NCBI GenBank assembly: GCA_965228485.1
Contig: OZ245819.1
Location: forward strand, 180,001-212,000
Direction: 5' to 3'
Length of the DNA: 32,000 bases
Source: Candidatus Saccharimonadota bacterium
GTDB lineage: Bacteria; Patescibacteriota; Gracilibacteria; UBA4473
Part shown: positions 1 to 7,357 of the stretch, in pieces
How positions within the stretch are numbered: the first letter of the stretch is position 1
How the letters are laid out: every line of letters begins with the position of its first letter
The notes under the pieces: model-generated
What the model saw: the letters and a program-made list of their open reading frames with translations, nothing else
Told to the model about the DNA's origin: nothing
Databases searched by the model: none
Made by a program: the position numbers and the translations under genes

Positions 1-398
1 TTAGTCATTTATCAAAAGATAAAGATATAGCCAATAAAATAAAAAAAGAGTTATCTAATTATAATGCTACTTCGTTTGTCGCTCATGAAGATATTCATCC
101 TACATCGGAATGGGAGAAAGAAATAAAAAAAGCTTTATCCACTATGGATATTTTTATATCTGTGCATACTTTAGGATTTTCTAAAAGTGTATGGTGTCAA
201 CAGGAAGTTGGTTATGCAATTGGTTCTGGAAAGAAGGTTATTCCCGTAAAGTTTAATGAAAATCCACCAGGTTTTCTTTCTTCAATTCAAGCTCTTCCAC
301 GTGGTAAAAAGACAGCCAAAGAGTTAATAGAAATTATCTTATTAATTTTAAAAGATGATAAAAATACTAATGAATTATATAAAAAATTACTAAATTAA
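1..398 (+). CDS. TIR-like domain protein, 5' end outside window
   Basis: The frame starting at base 3 is open to TAA 396-398; the track shows it only from internal Met 144. Translation ..SHLSKDKDIANKIKKELSNYNATSFVAHEDIHPTSEWEKEIKKALSTMDIFISVHTLGFSKSVWCQQEVGYAIGSGKKVIPVKF.. follows the bacterial TIR layout: [FLIV]-SH start, D..A..I, W...I..AL, D.FI.V.S, S.WC..E, then IPV. Confidence 0.6.
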   Translation, partial: SHLSKDKDIANKIKKELSNYNATSFVAHEDIHPTSEWEKEIKKALSTMDIFISVHTLGFSKSVWCQQEVGYAIGSGKKVIPVKFNENPPGFLSSIQALPRGKKTAKELIEIILLILKDDKNTNELYKKLLN

Positions 399-404
399 AT
401 TTTA

Positions 405-1529
405 ATGACTGAATACAAAATACAGATATATGAAAAGAAAAAATATATTAGAAAATTAACTTTTTTGAATTTAAAAGAAGAGGTTACAAATTTTATGTAC
501 AAAAGAACGGTTGCCGCCTCTTCCAGAGGTGATTTGTTATTTTTTGTTTTAATATTTTTTCTTTCTATCAAGTCAGAAAATAGCTCAAATTCTTTATTAA
601 AGGATTTATTAGAGCAAAATATTGGGAGGTTAAAACTACTTAACGAAATGTTTGCAACAAAGAAAAATCAATTAAAAAAATATGAATATCGGGAGGTGGT
701 TGAATCTTTAGGGCTTCAAAACTTGGTTAAGTATGATGTTATATTTTTGCTTATTGAGGCCATTGAGAATGCAGATTTATTAGAAGTAAAATATCGTGAT
801 TATTTTTTAATGAATCCAGAATTGCTTAATCAATTAAATTACATTGTGGATTCTCATGGGAAAGATTTGTCAGAATTTTATACTGTTTTTAAGGGATTTG
901 ATATAGAGGATGATAGATACAATTCAATTACTGGTCATTATTTAGATTTAAGTAAAAGTGTTTACCGTCCTATAAAAATGCGGACACGTCGGAAATTGGA
1001 TATCTCTTTGCAGCAATTTACAGAAATCACTCGAATTAAAAGTGAGAGTCCAATTCTTGTTGAGTTTATTCAATCTATTGATCCTCAAATAATTTTTGAA
1101 TTATGGGATAAGTATCATTTAGCTTCTTATATCCAATCGGTTTGGGTTGAAGCAAATAATTCACCTATAATTTCAAACTTTATAGGAGGCGGTGCTGCTG
1201 GAAGTATAGTGGCTTGGATTCAATGGAAAAATACGAAAGATCCAAATGAAAAAGATTTAATAAAAAAAGAGTTAGATAAACAAAAAGTGCTTTTTTTGGA
1301 AAGAGAAAACGAACTTCTTCGAGCTTTAAATCATTCGATAAAAACTACCCCTGAAAAATTAGCTAATGAAGTTAAGAAATTAAGAGAGGAGATATTAATT
1401 TTGAGAGAAAAAGAAAAAACAAAAGAGGAAAAAAGAATATACTCTTCTTTAAAGTTAGAGTTAAGAAATCTTGAAAATTTATCTGTGGTTGTGAACGATA
1501 AAATAGATTCGGAGATTACTGATTTTTAA
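405..1529 (+). CDS. hypothetical protein, candidate partner or effector of the TIR gene
   Basis: 374-aa ORF whose ATG lies 7 nt after the TIR gene stop, so the two look like an operon. It has two hydrophobic segments (LLFFVLIFFLSI and ISNFIGGGAAGSIVAWIQW). The C-terminal ~90 aa are Lys/Glu-rich with heptad-like spacing (KKELDKQKVLFLERENELLRAL...KKLREEILILREKEKTKEEK). I recognise no family. Confidence 0.5.
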   Translation: MTEYKIQIYEKKKYIRKLTFLNLKEEVTNFMYKRTVAASSRGDLLFFVLIFFLSIKSENSSNSLLKDLLEQNIGRLKLLNEMFATKKNQLKKYEYREVVESLGLQNLVKYDVIFLLIEAIENADLLEVKYRDYFLMNPELLNQLNYIVDSHGKDLSEFYTVFKGFDIEDDRYNSITGHYLDLSKSVYRPIKMRTRRKLDISLQQFTEITRIKSESPILVEFIQSIDPQIIFELWDKYHLASYIQSVWVEANNSPIISNFIGGGAAGSIVAWIQWKNTKDPNEKDLIKKELDKQKVLFLERENELLRALNHSIKTTPEKLANEVKKLREEILILREKEKTKEEKRIYSSLKLELRNLENLSVVVNDKIDSEITDF

Positions 1530-1682
1530 TTTTTGATATAAATTTAAGAGAAAGGATGGGATTACTTAAGCTTTTGAAAAGTTTTTAGCGTGACTGTGTA
1601 TCGAACTCATCTTTCAGATACGGGTTCTCATTCTAACCAATACAAAAATAGTTTTAGACTTGAAAGCCCAAAACTATTTTCG

Positions 1683-1772
1683 TGGCGGAGAGGATGGGAT
1701 TCGAACCCACGGTACCATTGCTGGTACACTCCCTTAGCAGGGGAGCGCTTTCGACCACTCAGCCACCTCTCC
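1683..1772 (-). tRNA. tRNA-Ser (anticodon GCU), CCA encoded
   Basis: The reverse complement reads GGAGAGGTGGCTGAGTGGTCGAAAGCGCTCCCCTGCTAAGGGAGTGTACCAGCAATGGTACCGTGGGTTCGAATCCCATCCTCTCCGCCA. It has a 7-bp acceptor stem, anticodon stem CTCCC/GGGAG with loop CTGCTAA, a long variable arm (class II) and a GTTCGAATC T-loop. Confidence 0.9.
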
Positions 1773-1865
1773 GTGTACGTTTTGTGGTTACTGTTAAACA
1801 GCCAGTGAATTCTAGATAAAAAGCTATCCCCGTCAAAAAATTTACTTTGCTTTTTTATTACCAGC

Positions 1866-2675
1866 CTAGGTACGAACGATAAAACTCGTCAGCTTTGTAA
1901 ATACATACAAAACCACCAGACTCAGAATGATCCCGCTACTGGCTGGAATATCAAAGTAAAAAGAACTTGTAACTCCAACTAAGACCGCTGAAATATTGGA
2001 CATAATACTGCCATAAACATTTCCGATAAAACTTCGTGAAAAAGTCTGAGCAATGAGGACGGGGATGACCAGCAGTCCGCTGATAAGGAGTCCTCCAATG
2101 ATCTTTAGCCCGATTCCTACGATCAGAGCAATAAGCATCATAAAGGTGATTTCGTAGAAAGTTTTGTAAGGTTTTGTTTGGAGAAAATCTTGGTCAAAAA
2201 CCAAAATTAAAAACGGTCTCCAGAGGTAGATCAAGATACTGATGATTAGTAAATTGAGCCCTACAAAAATCCACATTTCATTTTTTGTAATAGTCAAAAT
2301 TGAACCAAACAGATAAGTATCTAGGGCGATAGGATTATCTTTGTTGAGGTGAACGAGTAGAAGTGTAAAAGCTAAACCCCCTGCAATCAGTAGCATAGAA
2401 AAAGCCTCTGGGGCTTGAGTAGATTTTCGGCTACCCCACCATAAAATTAGGGCAAAGATTAAAGTTGTAAGGAGTGCGAGATTGGTTGGTGAAACCTGCC
2501 AAAAAATTCCTAGTCCCACTCCAACAAGTGCGGTGTGAGAGAGCATGCCAGAAGCCATTGTCTGTCGGGCTGTAACGACGAAATTTCCAAGTATAGCCGT
2601 ACTGATTGCCGTGAAAAATCCAACGACAAAAGCCCGAACCATGAAATCGTAATTAAGTACTTCTAAGAGCAACAT
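1866..2675 (-). CDS. znuB: metal (zinc) ABC transporter permease, ABC-3/ZnuB family
   Basis: 269-aa polytopic membrane protein with the typical N-terminus (..FMVRAFVVGFFTAISTAILGNFVV..MLSHTALVGVGLG). It overlaps the upstream ATPase gene by 13 nt and is the last gene of the zinc operon. Confidence 0.85.
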   Translation of the reverse strand: MLLLEVLNYDFMVRAFVVGFFTAISTAILGNFVVTARQTMASGMLSHTALVGVGLGIFWQVSPTNLALLTTLIFALILWWGSRKSTQAPEAFSMLLIAGGLAFTLLLVHLNKDNPIALDTYLFGSILTITKNEMWIFVGLNLLIISILIYLWRPFLILVFDQDFLQTKPYKTFYEITFMMLIALIVGIGLKIIGGLLISGLLVIPVLIAQTFSRSFIGNVYGSIMSNISAVLVGVTSSFYFDIPASSGIILSLVVLYVFTKLTSFIVRT

Positions 2676-3376
2676 GATGAGTCTTTATCGTGATGATGGT
2701 GGACGGGTACGACTTGAGGAGTGGTTGTCAGTACAGGACAATCTGAAGTTTCCCCTTTGGCAAAATCTAGTGGGTGACATCCCGTGTGCATGGTTCGATT
2801 GAGGCACAAAATATGATGACATTTATCAATGATATGATCGACCTCATGGGAGACAAACAAGATGGTTACCTTTTCGGTTTTATTGAGTGTTGAGAGGAGC
2901 TCATAAATTTTTAGTTTGGTTTCAAAGTCCACTCCATTGAGTGGTTCATCAAAAATAATTAGGTCTGGGTTTTGGCAGAGCGCTCGAGCAATAATAACTC
3001 GTTGTTTTTGTCCGCCGGAAAGTTGATGAAAATTTTTATGGAGAAAGTCGTCATTCAGTCCAACTTTTTTAAGGCTTGCACTGAGTTGTTCCTTACTTCC
3101 AATGCCAGACATTTTGAGTACTTCTGCCACTGAAATGGGAACTACATTGGAGAGTGTATAGCTTTGCGGAACATAACCAATATTGATATTTGATGCGATT
3201 TCTAGAGACCCTTTGGTTGGTTTGTTAAATCCAAGAATAAGTTTTATTAGACTTGTTTTTCCCGCTCCATTTGGACCAATAAGGCCCACGTATTCTCCTT
3301 TTTTGATAGAAAAAGAAACGTCATCTAGGATGACGTTTCCTTCAATCTGTAGTTTTAAGTTTTGTGCTTTGATCAT
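2663..3376 (-). CDS. znuC: metal (zinc) ABC transporter ATP-binding protein with Cys/His-rich C-terminal tail
   Basis: Walker A GPNGAGKTS, ABC signature LSGGQKQR, Walker B LIIFDEP and H-loop SHE. The C-terminus is ..HTGCHPLDFAKGETSDCPV...VPVHHHHDKDSSCCS. Its ATG overlaps the znuA stop (TAATG). Confidence 0.85.
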   Translation of the reverse strand: MIKAQNLKLQIEGNVILDDVSFSIKKGEYVGLIGPNGAGKTSLIKLILGFNKPTKGSLEIASNINIGYVPQSYTLSNVVPISVAEVLKMSGIGSKEQLSASLKKVGLNDDFLHKNFHQLSGGQKQRVIIARALCQNPDLIIFDEPLNGVDFETKLKIYELLSTLNKTEKVTILFVSHEVDHIIDKCHHILCLNRTMHTGCHPLDFAKGETSDCPVLTTTPQVVPVHHHHDKDSSCCS

Positions 3377-4356
3377 TATGCTTCGCAGTTCAACGCTATG
3401 CTAAAGCTTTCTAGATTATTTTCCATCACATCAAAGAAATCTTTGTTTGGATCGAGAGTTCCTCGTCCCATTGGGTTTACGTTGAGGGTTCCTAGTCCTG
3501 TTTCGTTGGCGAGTGTGTCGGCAAACTTTTTAACTGAGTTTTTTTCTACTAAAATATGAGTCATCCCTTCTTCGGCTTCTTCTTTGAGTTCGGCGAGGAT
3601 TTGTGCTGATGGTTCGTCGGTAATGGAAAGACCAGCAATGGCGTGAGTTTCAAATCCGTAAGCTCGTGCCAGATAACCATAGGCATCATGAGAAATGATC
3701 ACTTCGTTTTGTGTACAGTTTTGGAGTGTCGTTTGAAATTTTGTATCTAGTGCCACAAATTTTGATTTTAGATTCTGAGCATTCGTTTCATAGGTCGTTT
3801 TATTTTCTGGATCGATTTCGATCATAGATTGCATGATTGTATCTACCATATCAGAAGCGAGAACTGGACTGAGCCACGTATGTGGATCGAATTTTCCATG
3901 GTCGTGTTCATCGTGTCCCTCTTCCTCATGAGCTTCATCTTCATGTTCTTCTTCATGCTCATCATCCTCATGATGTTCGTCTTCATGTTCTTCATGATCT
4001 TCGAATTCATAAAGTTCTAGGTGTTCAGATAGTTCGAGCGTGTTAACACTTTTTTGATTGAGTTCTTGCACTATATCTTCTGACCAAGGTTCAAGTTTTG
4101 CTCCTTGGACAAGAACAAGGTCAGCATTGTTTAGTTTTACCAAATCTTGAGGCGTTAATTGGTAGGTGTGAGGGCTCACACTTCCGGCCAAGTTTGTTAC
4201 GGCGACTTTTTTACCTCCAATTTCCTCTGCCATGAAAGCTAGAGGATAGAAGCTCGCAACAATTTGTTTTTGGTTTTCATTATTGGTTTCAGTTTCTTTA
4301 CCACATCCGATAAGGGTGAGTGATAAAAGAGTCAGAAGTAGAAAAGTTTTTTTCAT
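3376..4356 (-). CDS. znuA: zinc-binding lipoprotein, ZnuA family (cluster A-I substrate-binding protein)
   Basis: The track ORF starts at 4401, but the internal ATG at 4356 gives a lipoprotein signal (MKKTFLLLTLLSLTLIGC). There is a long His/Asp/Glu loop (HEEHEDEHHEDDEHEEEHEDEAHEEEGHDEHDHG, roughly 3880-3990), typical of Zn-specific ZnuA. Conserved metal-ligand context is present (SPHTYQL, DPHTWLSP, ISHDAYGY). Confidence 0.85.
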   Translation of the reverse strand: MKKTFLLLTLLSLTLIGCGKETETNNENQKQIVASFYPLAFMAEEIGGKKVAVTNLAGSVSPHTYQLTPQDLVKLNNADLVLVQGAKLEPWSEDIVQELNQKSVNTLELSEHLELYEFEDHEEHEDEHHEDDEHEEEHEDEAHEEEGHDEHDHGKFDPHTWLSPVLASDMVDTIMQSMIEIDPENKTTYETNAQNLKSKFVALDTKFQTTLQNCTQNEVIISHDAYGYLARAYGFETHAIAGLSITDEPSAQILAELKEEAEEGMTHILVEKNSVKKFADTLANETGLGTLNVNPMGRGTLDPNKDFFDVMENNLESFSIALNCEA

Positions 4357-4379
4357 GTTTATAAAATTAAATAAAAAAT

Positions 4380-4760
4380 TTATTGGCAAGATTTGCAGCA
4401 ACCAGAAAAAGAAAACTGGTGTTGTTTAATTTTGAGACCAGAGGCCTTGAGCTGGTCTTCGAGTTGGTGAATTTTTTCCTCTAAATCTTGATCAGAAATA
4501 CACTGGATTTCATCACAGTTTTCACAGACAAAGTGATGGTGATGATGATCGGCTTTTTCATAGTAAGTCGTTCGGCTATCGAGTAGAACGGTATCGATTT
4601 TGCCATTGGATTCGAGTCTTTCTAGGAGTCTATAAAGTGTCGTTTTATTTGGTTCTAGGTTTTGTTCTTTCAGCAATGCCTGTAATTCTGGAACAGAAAT
4701 AGGGCGGTGTTGATCGGTAAAAATTTTTAAAACGGTCTCGAGTAATGGTGTATTTCTCAT
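4380..4760 (-). CDS. zur: Fur-family zinc uptake regulator (Zur)
   Basis: The likely start is ATG 4760 (MRNTPLLETVLKIF..); the upstream extension to 4817 overlaps the preceding gene. It has a winged-helix N-domain (TTLYRLLERLESNGKI), then HHHHHFVCENC and a terminal GCCKSC, the two CxxC pairs of the Fur/Zur structural Zn site. Confidence 0.8.
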   Translation of the reverse strand: MRNTPLLETVLKIFTDQHRPISVPELQALLKEQNLEPNKTTLYRLLERLESNGKIDTVLLDSRTTYYEKADHHHHHFVCENCDEIQCISDQDLEEKIHQLEDQLKASGLKIKQHQFSFSGCCKSCQ

Positions 4761-4790
4761 AGGTGCAAAATATATAATGGAAACAAAAAA

Positions 4791-4803
4791 GCAACTTAGT
4801 AGC
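4791..4803. promoter_or_regulatory. candidate Zur operator (one-mismatch copy GCAACTTAGTAGC)
   Basis: It differs at one position from the 6-1-6 palindrome GCAACTnAGTTGC found twice at 6001-6044. It lies about 35 nt upstream of the zur ATG, next to an AT-rich -10-like TATATA, and overlaps the COG0523 stop codon. Confidence 0.4.
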
Positions 4804-5995
4804 TTTGAACAGTCCAAGCTGGGAATGGGTCAGCAAGTTTTTTCCATTCAGCTATTCCCGCATCAAATTCTTCATCGGTGAGTAGACATTGATCTAGTTT
4901 TTTGGTTATTTCTTCTTGGTTGTGTTTGATTCCGATAATTACGATTTCCTGTCGTCGATCTTTGTAGCGAGGATCCCAATTATTTTTTTTGGCTAGAATT
5001 TTGATCGGCTCTGGCCATTCTTCCATATCCACAGCTCCCCACCAACTACCAGCACAATCAAGGTTTCTCATCTTTCCAGCCTGAGAAAATGATCCTACAC
5101 CTTCCCATCGTGAAGCGAGCCAGAAATATCCTTTTGCTCGAACAACTCCGTCCCAATTTTCTTCACAATATTTCCAAAATCGTTTCGGATGAAATGGACG
5201 ATTGGCTCTATAGACGAAACTGCTGATTCCATACTCTTCAGTTTCAGGTACGTGCTCTCCACGAGCTTCTTTCAGCCACATTGGGTCTTGAGCGGCTCTT
5301 TCAAAACTAAATTTATTGGTATTTATGATTTTATTGAGTGGGACTTGGCTGTAGTTTGTTTCGATAATTTCCACACCTGGGTTTAGAGACTTAATTATTT
5401 TTCTAATCTTTTCTAGCTCACTTTTGGTCACCATATCTATTTTGTTGAGTATCAAGATATCACAAAATTCGATTTGATCGGTTAGAAGATTTACAATGTC
5501 TCTTTCGTCTTCTTCTCCAAGAGATTCATTTCGATCTTTTAGCGTATCGGTTGATTTAAAGTTATCCAAAAAGTTGGCCGCATCGACCATGGTCACCATG
5601 GTGTCTAGACGGGCAAATTCTGCCAGGTATTCTCCGCTTTCATCATCAAAAGTAAAAGTTTCGGCCACAGGAAGGGGTTCAGAAATACCCGTAGACTCAA
5701 TGAGTAGATAATCGAATCGATTTTCTTGAGCGAGTTTTTTTACTTCGATTAATAAATCTTCACGTAGTGTACAGCAGATACACCCATTACTCATTTCAAC
5801 GAGTTTTTCTTCGGTTCTAGAAAGATTGGCTTCTCCTTTTTCAATGAGTGAAGAGTCAATATTGATCTCAGACATATCATTTACAATAACAGCGACTTTG
5901 AGTCCTTCTCGATTCGTAAGAATGTGATTGAGTAGGGTAGTTTTTCCAGATCCTAAAAATCCAGAGAGTACGGTAACGGGTAATTTTTGATTCAT
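4796..5995 (-). CDS. COG0523-family GTPase (CobW/YjiA/ZigA-type zinc metallochaperone)
   Basis: P-loop [15 protein letters not shown], the metal-binding CxCC motif (GCICCTL), NKID, and a CobW_C-like C-terminal domain. The track uses TTG 6004; ATG 5995 ([10 protein letters not shown]) is more plausible. It is the first gene of the zinc operon. Confidence 0.85.
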   Translation of the reverse strand: MNQKLPVTVLSGFLGSGKTTLLNHILTNREGLKVAVIVNDMSEINIDSSLIEKGEANLSRTEEKLVEMSNGCICCTLREDLLIEVKKLAQENRFDYLLIESTGISEPLPVAETFTFDDESGEYLAEFARLDTMVTMVDAANFLDNFKSTDTLKDRNESLGEEDERDIVNLLTDQIEFCDILILNKIDMVTKSELEKIRKIIKSLNPGVEIIETNYSQVPLNKIINTNKFSFERAAQDPMWLKEARGEHVPETEEYGISSFVYRANRPFHPKRFWKYCEENWDGVVRAKGYFWLASRWEGVGSFSQAGKMRNLDCAGSWWGAVDMEEWPEPIKILAKKNNWDPRYKDRRQEIVIIGIKHNQEEITKKLDQCLLTDEEFDAGIAEWKKLADPFPAWTVQSY

Positions 5996-6000
5996 AAATA

Positions 6001-6013
6001 GCAACTAAGTTGC
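6001..6013. promoter_or_regulatory. candidate Zur operator, perfect palindrome GCAACTAAGTTGC
   Basis: Perfect 6-1-6 inverted repeat, 5 nt upstream of the COG0523 ATG, in the divergent region shared with the CNNM gene. Confidence 0.45.
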
Positions 6014-6031
6014 GGTGGTTTTACTTTTTAA

Positions 6032-6044
6032 GCAACTCAGTTGC
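6032..6044. promoter_or_regulatory. candidate Zur operator, perfect palindrome GCAACTCAGTTGC
   Basis: Second perfect 6-1-6 copy, 31 bp centre to centre from the first. On the minus strand it overlaps a -35-like TTGCAA, followed by a 17-nt spacer and a -10-like TAAAAC. Confidence 0.45.
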
Positions 6045-6093
6045 AAGTCTTTTTTGTGAAATCAGGAAAAATCAAATCGATATTTAGGGTAAA

Positions 6094-7107
6094 ATGTGTT
6101 ACAATAAAGGGATTATGGAAATTTTTATCTGGATTGGAATTGTGTTTTGTGCGCTGAAAGCCGCGACGTTTTCTGGGCTTAACTTGGCGTATTTCAGTAT
6201 TCCGTATCTTCGATTGAAAGTTCTGGCAAAGAAGAAAAATCCAGAAGCTCTAAAAATTCTTGAGCTGAGAAATCAGCCAAATTTTTTGCTCTCTACGATT
6301 TTGTGGGGGAATGTGAGTTACAATGTTTTACTAACGTTATTGACCAATTCTGTGATGGCGGGAATGACGAGTTTCTTTTTTAGTACCATTGTTTTGACTC
6401 TTGTAGGGGAGATTCTTCCTCAGGCAACATTCTCAAGAAAAGCGCTTAAATTTGGAGCATTTTTTGTCCCAATGATGAAGTTTTATGAATTTGTGCTCTA
6501 TCCTATTTCTAAACCAACCGCTTTGGCGTTGGATTATTTTTTAGGAAAAGAATCACCTCAGTATTATTCGGAAAGAGATTTGATTTCTTTTATTGAAGCT
6601 CATTTAGAATCTGGAAGCGCAGAAGATATTTCGACGCGAGAGGGGAGGGGGGCAATTCATTTTTTGGAGTTGGATGATAAATTGATCAAAGATGTAGGAC
6701 AGAAGATTCAATCAGAACAGATTGTGCCTATGAATTTCAAAAAGGGGCACTTGGTAGAACCAGATTATATTCCGCATCCTGATGATCATTTTATTAAGAA
6801 ACTTATGAAGTTTTCAGGTATGGAAGTGGTCTTAGTAAGTGAAAAAAAAGAGCCAAAATTAGTCTTGGCTTTAGATGCTTTTTTACGAGCGCTTTTTGAA
6901 AAACAAGAAAAAATAGCTTTGCAGGACTTTTGTCATGTGCCGGTGGTAGTCACTGATCCGAAAGCCATTGTTTCTGATGTTTTATCTCATTTTGAAACCC
7001 TGGAAAGCGATGATTTGGAGCGAGTTTATATTGTCTATTGGCACGGACGCACGAAAAAAATTCTTACTTCGGAAGACTTGGTTTATTTGTTGATGAAGGA
7101 GATTTAG
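6094..7107 (+). CDS. CNNM/DUF21-domain membrane protein (CorC/HlyC-type putative divalent-cation transporter)
   Basis: The N-terminal region matches the DUF21 pattern (KAATFSGLNLAYFSI...LRNQPNFLLSTILWGNVSYNVLLTLL). The soluble C-terminal half is only weakly CBS-like. The start could be 6094 or 6115. Confidence 0.6.
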   Translation: MCYNKGIMEIFIWIGIVFCALKAATFSGLNLAYFSIPYLRLKVLAKKKNPEALKILELRNQPNFLLSTILWGNVSYNVLLTLLTNSVMAGMTSFFFSTIVLTLVGEILPQATFSRKALKFGAFFVPMMKFYEFVLYPISKPTALALDYFLGKESPQYYSERDLISFIEAHLESGSAEDISTREGRGAIHFLELDDKLIKDVGQKIQSEQIVPMNFKKGHLVEPDYIPHPDDHFIKKLMKFSGMEVVLVSEKKEPKLVLALDAFLRALFEKQEKIALQDFCHVPVVVTDPKAIVSDVLSHFETLESDDLERVYIVYWHGRTKKILTSEDLVYLLMKEI

Positions 7108-7357
7108 CCCCTTTTATTATTTTTTTGCTTGTCCAAAAAAATAAAAGAAAAAAAGACAGCCCGTGTAAAATTTTTGAAAAATTAATGATTTGTTTCGCTA
7201 ATTCACAAAACTCATTTCACTAACGTTCAATTCAAACGCTTGTGAATTTTGACACTCAACCCATCAAAATTTTAAGTAAAAATTTCACAGAGGGCGTAGA
7301 AAATTGCTCTGAATTTAAATGAAATTGAAACAAAGTAACAGGAACAGGTATTATTAA

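Noticed and set aside
1590-1808. 72-aa + strand ORF.
   Set aside because: It runs across the tRNA-Ser gene (1683-1772, minus strand) and is spurious.
3829-4020. 63-aa + strand ORF rich in Met/Phe/Ile, plus other + strand ORFs at 3183-3559.
   Set aside because: It is the antisense image of the GAA/GAT/CAT-rich His/Asp/Glu loop of znuA, or of znuC for the others. It is not a separate gene.
5996-6004. TTG start at 6004 for the COG0523 gene, as used by the track.
   Set aside because: ATG 5995 gives the normal N-terminal distance to the P-loop, and the TTG lies inside the palindromic operator candidate. I kept the ATG start, though the TTG start is not excluded.
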